Origin: a virus
DNA: 64,000 nt
IMG/VR virus record: IMGVR_UViG_3300032770_000014
Location: 1 to 64,000 of that record
Direction: 5' to 3' (one strand)
In this document: piece after piece, positions 18,465 to 28,500 of the stretch
How positions within the stretch are numbered: the stretch's first letter is position 1
Layout of the letters: the number at the start of each line of letters is the position of its first letter
Notes under the pieces: model-generated
Told to the model about the DNA's origin: nothing
Database searches by the model: none
What the model saw: the letters and a program-made list of their open reading frames with translations, nothing else
Made by a program: the position numbers and the translations under genes

Positions 18465-20735
18465 ATGGCAGGAGAAACCCAGCAACAGGCAACATCCAGT
18501 ACGGATTCTACCGCCGCCGCGCCGCCACCGGGGATGCCAGCACTCCCCTCCCTGAATCCGGCCGACTCGCCTTACCAGCCGTTGACCCTACCTGAAGTCA
18601 GGACTCCGACCCAGCACCAACTTCCTGAGCAGGAACCTGTGCAGAACCTCGGCGCCGTCAACAAGGCCGGGGCTTTCGCTTATATGGCGAATCAGGTTAT
18701 CCGCGGAGCAGTTCAGGGTTACGACGATTCCCGTCTGCAGCACGCTCAACAGGTCAACAAGAAATTGCAGGCCTTGGGGACATTGGAGCAGCAACTGGGC
18801 CAGCAGTACCAGCGAGCCTATAACGAGGTCGGGTCGAGCAAGCCGGGGATGACGCCGGAGCAGATTCTGGATGATCCCACGGTAAAGCAGTTGCACAACC
18901 AGTTGCTATCGGTCCATCAGGCTACCTTGGATGCGATTGGGAAGTATTTGCCGCAGTTGCAGGAGAGCGGAGCAGGTGGGAGCAAGGGAAAGGGAAAGGG
19001 CAAGGGACAGGGACAGGGAAATCTGTTGCAGCAGCTCAGCGGCGAACCAGACGAGCAACTTCGTGCCTACGCCGAGGCCGCGCAGAAACTTGGTCCGACT
19101 GCCTTCTATCAGGTGGCGAGTCCGCAGCAGTTGCAGGCGATGTACCAGCAGCGGCAGACGGCGGGGATTGGGGGACAGACCGCGGCCACCACAGCCGATA
19201 CGCAAGCCGCCGTAGCTCAGATCAACAACAAGCTGGCTCACGCCGTAGCTTCCGGTGCGCCGCAGGACCAGATCAATGCACTCATCAAGCAGCGAGACGA
19301 ACTGCTACCGCAGCCGAAGTTTCCTGTGGGTGGGGAGACCAGAACCGGAAAAGGAAGCGATGGAGTCTGGTACGAGTGGAAGGTGGATCAGGAGGGGAAC
19401 GAGATTTCGGATACTCGCCGCCCTCTTTCAACTGCCGGACTGAACTCCAGTGCGCCGAAGGTCGGGTCGCTTGGAGAGTTTACGATAGCACTGTTTGGTC
19501 CTCGTCCGACCCCTAAGCAGGAACTTGAGGCGAAGAGGCTGTGGACGCCGGAGGTCCAGACAGTAGGCACGCACACGGTCATGGTCTGGAACGGACTGCA
19601 GGAAGTGCCAGTGCAGGTGGAGACCACGAGCACGAGGGGAGCTGGAGGGTCGGTTGCTGCGGTACCTAACGTGCGCGCGGATCAGGAAGGGCAATCTGCT
19701 GGAGTCATGCCAGCAGCGGCACCGGCAGCGCCAACAACAACAACAACCATCCCTGCTGCAAGCAAGCCTCTCAATCCCTATCGCAATCCAGAGGATCAGC
19801 CAGCGGACGTTTCCTACACATTCAACAAATCGTGGGCGAAACCGGGGCCGTATGTTACCAAGCTCTCGCCTACGGATGAAGCCGAGTTCAGAAAGTGGGC
19901 AGCAGCCAATCTGTCTCAGAACGAATTGCGAAACCTCGACAATCCACAGACGGACTACGACACTCGCGGCTGGTGGTTAGCTGGAAAGCACGGCGACCCG
20001 GACGCGAAACTCGTTCGTAGTGCATGGGACGGAAAGATGCACGGCAACGACAAGTGGAAGACTCCTTACAACGGGACGTTTTCCAACGAGTCGATCTATG
20101 CAACGCCTGACGCGCCGCACTGGGAAGGTGAAGGAAAGTTAGTAGCCAAGGACGGACGGCTGGTGGCGGACGAGACTCCAGCGGCGAAGTCTGCCAAGAA
20201 GGCACAACCTGCTACTGCTCCTCACGCTGCCGCTCCTACTCCCCGCTCTAACGCCGGCGTCATCTCCACCGGCACTCCCGTGGGCCAGAAGCTCTCTCCC
20301 GCCGTCGCCAAGGCCCAAGGCGAATTGAACGACGCGCTTGCCGTCGTATCCGTTGGAAAAGACGCAATAGCACGTCCCAACGGCTCAACTCAGTACACCC
20401 TCTTAACCACTCTTCTCCATAGTTCCATTGGCCGGGTCAACATGGTGGAAATCACCAATATGATGAAGTCGGCTGGACTGGGAGCAGAGATCGAAGGCTG
20501 GTACACGAAGGCCAAAAACGGCCAACTTCCCCCTGCCTTGGTGCAGCAACTGCGGGACACGGCTATGACTTGGGCGCGAGGTAAGGCGGCAGCGTTGGAC
20601 GCAGCGATCAAGGAACAGGGGGTGATCGGCGGACAAGGATCAGCGCAGAATATAGTCAATCCCCCATCCGGCGGCGTGGCCTCTCCCTCTAGCATGACCG
20701 ACGACGAGTTCCTAATGCAGATTCCCAAGAAGTAA
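18465..20735 (+). CDS. Internal virion/DNA ejection protein (middle)
   Basis: Gln/Ala/Pro-rich helical protein after small ejection protein; AGGAG RBS; contains an inserted globular domain. Confidence 0.55.
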   Translation: MAGETQQQATSSTDSTAAAPPPGMPALPSLNPADSPYQPLTLPEVRTPTQHQLPEQEPVQNLGAVNKAGAFAYMANQVIRGAVQGYDDSRLQHAQQVNKKLQALGTLEQQLGQQYQRAYNEVGSSKPGMTPEQILDDPTVKQLHNQLLSVHQATLDAIGKYLPQLQESGAGGSKGKGKGKGQGQGNLLQQLSGEPDEQLRAYAEAAQKLGPTAFYQVASPQQLQAMYQQRQTAGIGGQTAATTADTQAAVAQINNKLAHAVASGAPQDQINALIKQRDELLPQPKFPVGGETRTGKGSDGVWYEWKVDQEGNEISDTRRPLSTAGLNSSAPKVGSLGEFTIALFGPRPTPKQELEAKRLWTPEVQTVGTHTVMVWNGLQEVPVQVETTSTRGAGGSVAAVPNVRADQEGQSAGVMPAAAPAAPTTTTTIPAASKPLNPYRNPEDQPADVSYTFNKSWAKPGPYVTKLSPTDEAEFRKWAAANLSQNELRNLDNPQTDYDTRGWWLAGKHGDPDAKLVRSAWDGKMHGNDKWKTPYNGTFSNESIYATPDAPHWEGEGKLVAKDGRLVADETPAAKSAKKAQPATAPHAAAPTPRSNAGVISTGTPVGQKLSPAVAKAQGELNDALAVVSVGKDAIARPNGSTQYTLLTTLLHSSIGRVNMVEITNMMKSAGLGAEIEGWYTKAKNGQLPPALVQQLRDTAMTWARGKAAALDAAIKEQGVIGGQGSAQNIVNPPSGGVASPSSMTDDEFLMQIPKK

Positions 20736-20739
20736 GCCT

Positions 20740-23724
20740 ATGGCGGACCAGACTCCCAACCCGGATTCTTCTTCTCCAGCCTCTCCAGACTATTCTCATC
20801 TCGCACAGGCTTGGCAGAGCTTCTCGGATGATCGCCGGGCTGGGCTGCTCAAGAAGATGTCTCCAGAGCAGAAGAGGGGGTTGCGTAGTGTGCTGGAGAC
20901 GCATCTGGGAAGCTCTACTGCGCCTACTGCCGACCTTACCTCTAATCCCAAGGGTGAGGGACTCTACCGTCTCTTGCCTGAAGCTCAACAGGGTTACACC
21001 GACACCTCTCAGCAAATCCTGGTTCCATTCAGCAAAGTTCCTCAAGCTCAGTCCAGCGGCTATCACCTACATTTCGATGAGGAGGCGAGATACCAAAAGG
21101 ACTTTGCCCATCAAGGCGAGGGTCCAACGGTGTTGGAGCGATTCAGGAATTATCTGTCAACTCCCAATGCGCCGGTACAACGCATAATGCCCGACGGTCG
21201 AGCCATCAAGATCGACACGAACGTCCTGAGCGACAAGGACAAGGCGGCGCTGCGCACGGTCTTGGGTGCTCCTGGCTATCTCAAGGAGGTTCTCAACGCA
21301 GCGATCCATGGCAAGGAGGACAACAACGCGGCGTTGATGGACCTGATAGATCCGGGTTATATGCCAAAGAACCTTTACGACTCCTACCAGTCGGACCTCA
21401 AGACTTACGGTCCTGATGTTGCGCGGGATCGTCTGACCGGGAACCTGCTTGGTATGGGGATTACTGCTGCTGCAACGCACGGTACGGTCAGAGCTACTGG
21501 TGCGTTGGCTGAGGGCTTAGGAGAGAAGATTCTGAGCGCCAAGGGGGTAATACAGGAGGTTGCGGGAGTCCGCCCGAGGGTGGCGACGGAACTTGTCAAG
21601 AAGACAGCCGAAGAGAACAAGGTAGAGGTCGAGAGGGCAACTGGGGCTGCACATGAGCAGGTAGGCCGTGAATTAGGCCATCAGCAAGCGGTACGCACCA
21701 AGGCTGAGGAGATTCGGACCAAGGAGGCAACTGAAGCTGCGAAGCAGCAGGCAGCGCATCAGAAAGCCGTGACCAAAACTGAGCAGGCCAACGAGGCCGA
21801 ACGGCAGCGCGTCGAGGCGGAAACCTCCGAGGCTCAAAAGGAATACTTCCGCAAGCAAGCCGAGCATCAGCAGCAGGTTCAAGCCACTGAGGCCGAGAAC
21901 GCACGGTTACAGGCCGAGTATCAGCGCGCTGTAGCGGAGCAGGAAGGATTGCAGACCCGGCTGAATGAGACCGACCGCGGCGCGAAGGTTGGATTGACCG
22001 CGCTAGAGAACCGGCTTCATGAAGAAGCCAGCGCGAAGTATGAAGCTCTCATGCCGAAGCTCAAGTCCTACGAGGCCGACCCTGAGAACATTGAGGCTAT
22101 GGTGAATAAGGCACTCGATGAAATTGATCCTGCTGTGGGGAAGCCTCCCTTGCTTAATAAGCTTGAGACTCTTTCCGCAGACAATGCCTTGAACTATGAA
22201 AACCTCAACGATTTTCGCAGTGCCATTGATTCTACTCTGCGCAAGACCCAAGTCCCCGGCAGCACTTATCACATCTACCGAGACATCATGGAGCCGGTCA
22301 TCATCGACGAGATGAACCGGATCGCTGGTGAGCATGATCTGACCGCTGAGGCCGATGAAGCTCGCGCCTTCTTTCGTGCCTATGCAGAAGCCTTCCGCGA
22401 CCGTACATCTCCCCTACGCAAGATCGTGAAGAGCCCCGAGGCACACGGTGCCTTGAACGCAATGCGAGGGAGGCAAAGTTTCTTGGCCCGCTTACGCGCG
22501 TTCGGGCCGGACGGAGAGAAGCTGGCAGGCCAGATCGAGAACGCGATCTACGACGCCCAGCAGAACAAGGCGCAGTTTACGAAGTATGGAGACATTAGGG
22601 TAGCGGCGCCGAAGGCTCCTACCTTGGGAAAGATTCCTGAGTTCAAGGAGGAGCCACCTGAGCCAGCGAGGCCAGAGATTACGCCTCCACCTGCGCCGTC
22701 ACAGCCGCAACTGACCGCTGGCAGTCCCGAGGAACGGGCCGCGCAACAAATAGCGCCTCCCGAGAGGGTGCCGGGAACGGAGCCGGAACTCAAACAGGTC
22801 GGCTCCGAAGAGTTGACAGAAGCAAACCGCAACGCTTACAAGAAGGCGGTTGAATCACTGCGCAATCGTGGCGTGTGGGTATTTGCCGGACTTCCTTGGT
22901 TGTGGGTAGCGCGGGATCTGCTCAGGTTCAATTTCAGTGCCGCCGGTTTGAATTCCGTTGGGGCTGCGATCTCTTCAGTAGGCGCGGTAGCTGGGCTTAC
23001 TATGCTCACCGACTACTTGGAGAGGCCGGAGATTGTGGATTTCTTCTCTTCTCCTTCTGAGGCTCAGATAAAAGCACTAGGAAAGCTTTCTCCAGAGCAG
23101 CGAAGTCTAGTTGCCGACGGTTTTGAGAATGTCATCAAGGTCGCCAAGGACAAGGGGATTAAGATCAGTCCTTTAATCGCTGCCTATGCGGCAGTGAATG
23201 CAAGCGCAGGAAAGCCGGGAGCCACGCTAACAGGACAGCAAGGACAACAACCTTCGCAGCAGCCACGGCAGGAACGGCAACAGGAGACAGCACCAGCGAT
23301 GCCGGAGCCACAGTCCAAAGTCGTGTCTCCTGCTGCCACCTCCCCCTCCGACCGCGCCGCCCGCGCCCAAGTCCTCCAGACCTACGCCCAAGCCGTCGGC
23401 CAGTTCGACCGCGCGGTCAGCGGCAAGGGACTCGTGGCCAGCCTCGCGCAGTTCCTCTCTCTTCCCACTCCCAGCAACCAGCCAGGCATCCCGGCGCATG
23501 TGGCTCCCCGGCTGGCCTCACAGATCGCTACTGTTGCCGCCCTATCCCGACCATCGCGCACGGACCTTGCTACCCTATCCACCTTGCCACAGGACCAACG
23601 GAAACAGGTGGAGGAAGCTATCGGACAACTGGCCGAGGAAGCACACCGGCAGGGAAAGTTGCCGAAACCGAGTCCGTGGCTGGGGATCATCAAGCATGAA
23701 GGAAGCGAGGAGGTCGCCGCGTGA
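20740..23724 (+). CDS. Internal virion/DNA ejection protein (large)
   Basis: 994 aa coiled-coil-rich with hydrophobic segments near the C-terminus; third of ejection trio. Confidence 0.55.
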   Translation: MADQTPNPDSSSPASPDYSHLAQAWQSFSDDRRAGLLKKMSPEQKRGLRSVLETHLGSSTAPTADLTSNPKGEGLYRLLPEAQQGYTDTSQQILVPFSKVPQAQSSGYHLHFDEEARYQKDFAHQGEGPTVLERFRNYLSTPNAPVQRIMPDGRAIKIDTNVLSDKDKAALRTVLGAPGYLKEVLNAAIHGKEDNNAALMDLIDPGYMPKNLYDSYQSDLKTYGPDVARDRLTGNLLGMGITAAATHGTVRATGALAEGLGEKILSAKGVIQEVAGVRPRVATELVKKTAEENKVEVERATGAAHEQVGRELGHQQAVRTKAEEIRTKEATEAAKQQAAHQKAVTKTEQANEAERQRVEAETSEAQKEYFRKQAEHQQQVQATEAENARLQAEYQRAVAEQEGLQTRLNETDRGAKVGLTALENRLHEEASAKYEALMPKLKSYEADPENIEAMVNKALDEIDPAVGKPPLLNKLETLSADNALNYENLNDFRSAIDSTLRKTQVPGSTYHIYRDIMEPVIIDEMNRIAGEHDLTAEADEARAFFRAYAEAFRDRTSPLRKIVKSPEAHGALNAMRGRQSFLARLRAFGPDGEKLAGQIENAIYDAQQNKAQFTKYGDIRVAAPKAPTLGKIPEFKEEPPEPARPEITPPPAPSQPQLTAGSPEERAAQQIAPPERVPGTEPELKQVGSEELTEANRNAYKKAVESLRNRGVWVFAGLPWLWVARDLLRFNFSAAGLNSVGAAISSVGAVAGLTMLTDYLERPEIVDFFSSPSEAQIKALGKLSPEQRSLVADGFENVIKVAKDKGIKISPLIAAYAAVNASAGKPGATLTGQQGQQPSQQPRQERQQETAPAMPEPQSKVVSPAATSPSDRAARAQVLQTYAQAVGQFDRAVSGKGLVASLAQFLSLPTPSNQPGIPAHVAPRLASQIATVAALSRPSRTDLATLSTLPQDQRKQVEEAIGQLAEEAHRQGKLPKPSPWLGIIKHEGSEEVAA

Positions 23725-23972
23725 GCCAGCCTCTCTATCGCCTGATCGACATCTCGCCTGACCTTGCCGTCTGCCCCTGCCCCGGCATGATCGTGAAGCG
23801 TGTCGGCGAGGACCAGTGTGCCCTGTTTACGCCGGGCCAGGATGCGACCAGCGGAGGATTCCTGATCGACCGGCCGTGGGATGAGGTGGTGGGAGATTTG
23901 AACGACGAACTGGAACGTGCTGCGGAAGAGAACGAGTACGACGAGGATGAAGTCATACCAGAGGAGGACTGA
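23721..23972 (+). CDS. Small acidic hypothetical protein
   Basis: GAGGAGG RBS, GTGA overlap. Confidence 0.6.
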   Translation: MSQPLYRLIDISPDLAVCPCPGMIVKRVGEDQCALFTPGQDATSGGFLIDRPWDEVVGDLNDELERAAEENEYDEDEVIPEED

Positions 23973-23973
23973 G

Positions 23974-24183
23974 ATGGCGAGAGACAAGAAGCACTGGATG
24001 CAGGAGGCCTTTGCGAACGCGCACGGCCAATTGCGGAAGAAAACCCGCACTAAAAAAGGTCGCAACATTTCCAAGCGTGCGCTCAATCGCTCGGCTCACT
24101 CGCGTAACCTGAAGACGAAGCGGCAAGCGGTGCTGGCTCGCACGGCGCGCAAGATCGCGGAGCGGAGAAGTAGTCGAAGCTGA
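23974..24183 (+). CDS. Small basic protein (probable nucleic-acid binding)
   Basis: MARDKKHWMQEAF..KRQAVLART, Lys/Arg-rich, GAGGAGG RBS. Confidence 0.65.
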   Translation: MARDKKHWMQEAFANAHGQLRKKTRTKKGRNISKRALNRSAHSRNLKTKRQAVLARTARKIAERRSSRS

Positions 24184-24404
24184 TGCCCCACATCAGAGTC
24201 CCTCTCCGCCCCAGCACCAACATCGCCGACGCCAGCTACGATGCCTCGGCCAAGACTCTCCTTGTCACCTTCATCCGGCAGGGCAGGCAGTACCGGGTGC
24301 ATAACATAACCGCTGATGTGGTGGAGGATTTCAGCCACGCGCCGAGCGCAGGGATCTACTACAATACTTTTATCAAGAATCTGTATTTCATCGAGGAAGT
24401 GTGA
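24183..24404 (+). CDS. KTSC domain protein
   Basis: STNIADASYD..LLVTF..G.QY..APSAGIYYNTFIK matches KTSC pattern. Confidence 0.85.
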   Translation: MPHIRVPLRPSTNIADASYDASAKTLLVTFIRQGRQYRVHNITADVVEDFSHAPSAGIYYNTFIKNLYFIEEV

Positions 24405-24764
24405 TCAGGCAACGATCACGCAGTAGAGGTTTGGGTCGTATAGTTCAGGCATTCCATTTTCTAAAGTTCCGTAAACGGCACGTTGGCAGTAGGAACAAGC
24501 CGCACAAGCAAGCAACTGAACCGGCTGATCCAAATCAAAGTCATATTCTTGGATGATGTCATATTCGTGAATTGGGTGTCCGCAGCCTGGCATGATCCAA
24601 GGGCCATACGCGAAGACCATCGACTCCGCTCCGGGCCAATCTTCCCACGGTTCTCCTTGAGTCAGCGCAGGCAGCACAGCCGTAAATGGACCGCCCGGCT
24701 GGCTGAAGATGCTATAAGGGCCGGTCTTGTAGTAGGTGGTTCCTAGCTGCCAACTATTCTGCAC
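24405..24764 (-). CDS. Hypothetical protein, zinc-ribbon-like
   Basis: GCGH..CAAC; AGGAGG RBS. Confidence 0.6.
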   Translation of the reverse strand: MQNSWQLGTTYYKTGPYSIFSQPGGPFTAVLPALTQGEPWEDWPGAESMVFAYGPWIMPGCGHPIHEYDIIQEYDFDLDQPVQLLACAACSYCQRAVYGTLENGMPELYDPNLYCVIVA

Positions 24765-24773
24765 TGACCCCTC

Positions 24774-25061
24774 CTACCTCCCCAGCAAATCTCTCAGCCC
24801 ATCATTCACCATCTGGTTCAGCCACTCCGGCCAGCGTTCACGCCAGCGCGATCCTTCGGCGGCCATGCATTGATCTTCCAGAGCCAATCTGAGATCCGGG
24901 TCCAGCCGGAATGTCTCCTGCCCGGCGAACGAGCGGAGGGCGCTGGCGAGGTTAGTAGAGGATGGAGTAGAGCTGGTTGGCTGGCCGGCTGGGGGAGTGG
25001 TTGGCGCGACTGGCGGCCTTAAATTGGCCGGCATCGGAAACTCGTTCGTAGCTTGGGGCAT
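24774..25061 (-). CDS. Hypothetical protein with RHH-like C-terminus
   Basis: AGGAG RBS; TFRLDPDLRLALE..WLNQMVNDGL. Confidence 0.5.
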   Translation of the reverse strand: MPQATNEFPMPANLRPPVAPTTPPAGQPTSSTPSSTNLASALRSFAGQETFRLDPDLRLALEDQCMAAEGSRWRERWPEWLNQMVNDGLRDLLGR

Positions 25062-25114
25062 GACAGGGACTCCTCGCCTACATCCTACACCCAATCCTGT
25101 CAATGCGGTAGACG

Positions 25115-25137
25115 TACCGCCCGAAATCCCATATCCT
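25115..25137 (+). promoter_or_regulatory. Putative late promoter (TACCG-N12-TATCCT)
   Basis: Repeated motif heading the fibre/lysis block; part of GCGGTA-gacg-TACCGC inverted repeat. Confidence 0.6.
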
Positions 25138-25144
25138 GCTTCCG

Positions 25145-25525
25145 ATGCGCTATGCCCGTCGCCATCCTCGACCTCGGGAGTCAGAATCGTCGGGGAGTGC
25201 TTCGGCGGTCAGGCGGTTCGACGATGGGCGGGAAGTCTGCCTGAACAATCCCGCTGGCCGGGCCGAGTACGTGCGCAGGAAGCAACTCCTCTGGGAGCAG
25301 CAGCGCGGGATATGCGCCTACGAGCCGTGCAGTCGGAGGATGTCATTGGCCGCCTGCCGCATGACCGGAGGGAGCTGGGAGCCGACCGGACAGCTCCGCG
25401 ACGACAGGTTGGTGGATCGGGAAGGAAGGAAACTCAATGAGCTGGTCTGCAAAGGTTGCCTGCGCGATTGGCATGATGCTCAGCGTGGTGCTCGCACCGC
25501 TGAGTCTGTGGGGACAGGCCAGTAA
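25145..25525 (+). CDS. Small zinc-binding HNH-like (degenerate) protein
   Basis: LWEQQRGICAYEPC and LVCKGC motifs; catalytic DH not evident. Confidence 0.45.
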   Translation: MRYARRHPRPRESESSGSASAVRRFDDGREVCLNNPAGRAEYVRRKQLLWEQQRGICAYEPCSRRMSLAACRMTGGSWEPTGQLRDDRLVDREGRKLNELVCKGCLRDWHDAQRGARTAESVGTGQ

Positions 25526-28500
25526 CGCCGCCGCGGTCTCCTTTGGCCCGGTCCTGACTCCCTACACGACGATCGCCGCCAATGCGCCTTACCGGGTCTG
25601 CGCGATTACGTCAACCGGGACTCCCTGCGACACTACGGGAGTCTCTATCTATTCTGATGCCGATCTTACTCAGCCCTTGACGAACCCTGGCGCCGCAAAC
25701 TCGCAGGGGATTATCAAGTTTTTTGTTGCGGCTGGGTACTACACGATTCAGGTCACGCCTACTCCCGGCAGCACGTATGTTTACTATACGTCGTCGGCGT
25801 CTGGCGGCGGCAGTGGCAGCGTAACCGAGGTCATTGCTCCGCCTGCCTCATGGCCCTCGTGGCTCGTGCCTACCGTCACCAATCCTACAACCGTGCCGTC
25901 GTTGGCTGTGGCAGCGAGCACTATTCCCCTAGCAGCGGGTGGTACTGCTGGAACTACAGCATCCAACGCCCTCTACAATCTGCTCGGCCAGCCTTCGCCG
26001 GGCACCTACACAGCGGTGTGCAGCGGGACCGGATGTTCGCCGACGGCGGTGGTTCCTAGTGTCACCAGCATCAACACGTCGAGCTACGCGGTGACGACGC
26101 CGGGAGCAGACGCCATCGGGAAGATCACTCCCTATATCGATATTCGGTCCTTGGGCGCGGTCATTGACGGAGCGACGCCAATCAACACGGCGGTTTACGC
26201 TGCTAGCGCGATCTGTCCGCTCTACAATGTCGGTCAATCGAACGGCGCGAGTTGCGTCCTGTTGATTCCGGGCGGCGGCGCGGGTGCGCTTCTGGGGCCG
26301 ACTTCGACGCCGCTGACCTATTCGGGCAACGGAGGAAATGGAGGAATCAGCCGGATTAAGATTCAGGGCGCACTCCAACTGAGTTCGACGCTTGTGTTAG
26401 GGAACAGCCCTATCGAGGGCGACGGCGGAGAGCCTAACGCAAGTGGCGGATTCGTAAACATCGGGCCTACCGCACAGATTATCGGCCCTAACGTCAACGG
26501 CTCGTTTGCCTCGGCGATCACGACGCCGAATGCGACTACCGCCGCAGTGCCCACGTTCATCAATGGCAGCTTTAATAATTTTCCAATAGGCTCCGCGATC
26601 ACGATTGCTGATACCATTCCTTGCACGGCATCGATCACGCGGTCGAGCGCCTATGGTTCGGTGGACTATTACGTTGCGACCTGCAACGCTCGCACGGACA
26701 TCCCACCTCAAGCAGTCATCACGGTTACTGGCTGCTCGGATTCTTCGTTCAACTCGCCATCAAACGGCGTGGCTGTCAACGCGGTCGATTGGCCGAATTA
26801 CATGTTGGGTTACTACGGGCCTGTTGGTTCTGCTGGAACCGCGACCGGCTGCACCATCACCGGCTTGAACTACGACACCTTTGAAAGCGTAGCGATCATC
26901 GGCGCGAACGGGACCAACTGCGCGTCGGGTTCGCTTTGCTTTGTTCCGGGGCACGCACACCCGGCAGGGGCGCTCTGGGGCGAGGTTGCGATCCGGAATC
27001 CGTATAACAACTTCACCAAAGCCGATCTGGAGAACCTGCAAGTTACAAAGTGCCATGGAGCTTGCCTTTGGGCTGAGGGGGGAACCGGCGTAACGCTGCG
27101 CGGGGTGACGCTCGCGCCGGCCGGAATTGCGTCCATCACGAGAATCGCAGAAGAGAGTTCCTCTTCGGCATACGAAGGTGCGTCCATCAGGGACTCGGAA
27201 TTGGATTCAGCGATCAACTTCAACGCTGCTTGTGGCGTTACAAATTCGTGTGCTGCGACTGACTTCCCGGCTGGCTTGCTTTGCGACGGTCTGCCCTCGA
27301 ACGCTGAAGGTGGTAACAACGGCAACGGTTGTCCAAGCACCATCGAAAAGACGACGATTGTCGGCGCGATCTATGATCGCTCAGTTCCATACAACTCTTC
27401 TGGTACAGCCATTCCCGACATGGACAACGTAACCATCGAGCGATCAAATGGGTGCGGTGTCGTTCTCGATCAGAGATACGGTGGTTATCTTTATAATCCG
27501 GCCACGATCAAGAGTATGGCGCTATCCGATCCGAGCGGATCAGGATTCAGTGGCGCGGCCTACAATTCCTCACTGTTCTATCTTTGCTCAACAGACTCCT
27601 ACAGCCCCGGAACCGCCGAGATTCGCATTCAGTCTCCGAGTTCCGGAGGAACGTATAACGTAGGTCCAGCAAGCAAATACTTCGCTAATCCCTACGTGAT
27701 GGACGCGGCGGCGGGATCGACGCTGGCTTACGGGCGCGGCCTTCCGGTTGGTCCTACCACAGACGGAACAGCTATCCTTGGCGAACTGCGCGGCGAAGGT
27801 GCGAGCCTCGCGCCAAGCGTCGTACCGTTCGCGCTGCTGCCAACAATCACGTTATCAGGGTGCAGCAATTGCACGATCACAACGGGAAAACTGTTTGAGG
27901 ATGGGACGGCGAGCGCGGTAGAGATCGACACCACCAGTTCGGGAGCAAGCGGAGTCTATGCAGGGAACACGCCCATTGCGACCTACCCCGGCGATCATTT
28001 CCTCGTCTGGTCGTGGGTGCGCCCCGGAGCCAATAACACGACGCAACCCGGCAGCGTACAGGGAGCCAACATCTATTTTGGGTTGTCTAGTGTAGACACC
28101 TTCAACACTAGCACTGGCGCGTATGGCATGTCGCTGACCAACGACGGCTGGCACCCGCAGGTTGCGCAACTCGACGTTGTGACCGGAAACTCGACTTCGC
28201 ACTATGTGGCCTTCTATCTGTTTGGCGGCTCGAACGCAGGCGAAGGCAACCAGTTTGCCTATTGGGGCTGGTCGTTTATCCCCGGTCCGAACAATCCCGC
28301 CTATACCGGCGTGACGGCTGACATGGTGGATCAGTGGCGGCGCGAGCTTTACCACGGCGCGATCCCTGAAAACTATGCTGGCGGGGCAACGGGCCACGCT
28401 GTTACCGTTGCTCCCATCGATGCGCCAAGCTACAACGTCGTCAACCTGTCAACAGGCGCGGTCACTCCGTTTGGGACGAGTAACCTTGCCGACTGGACCG

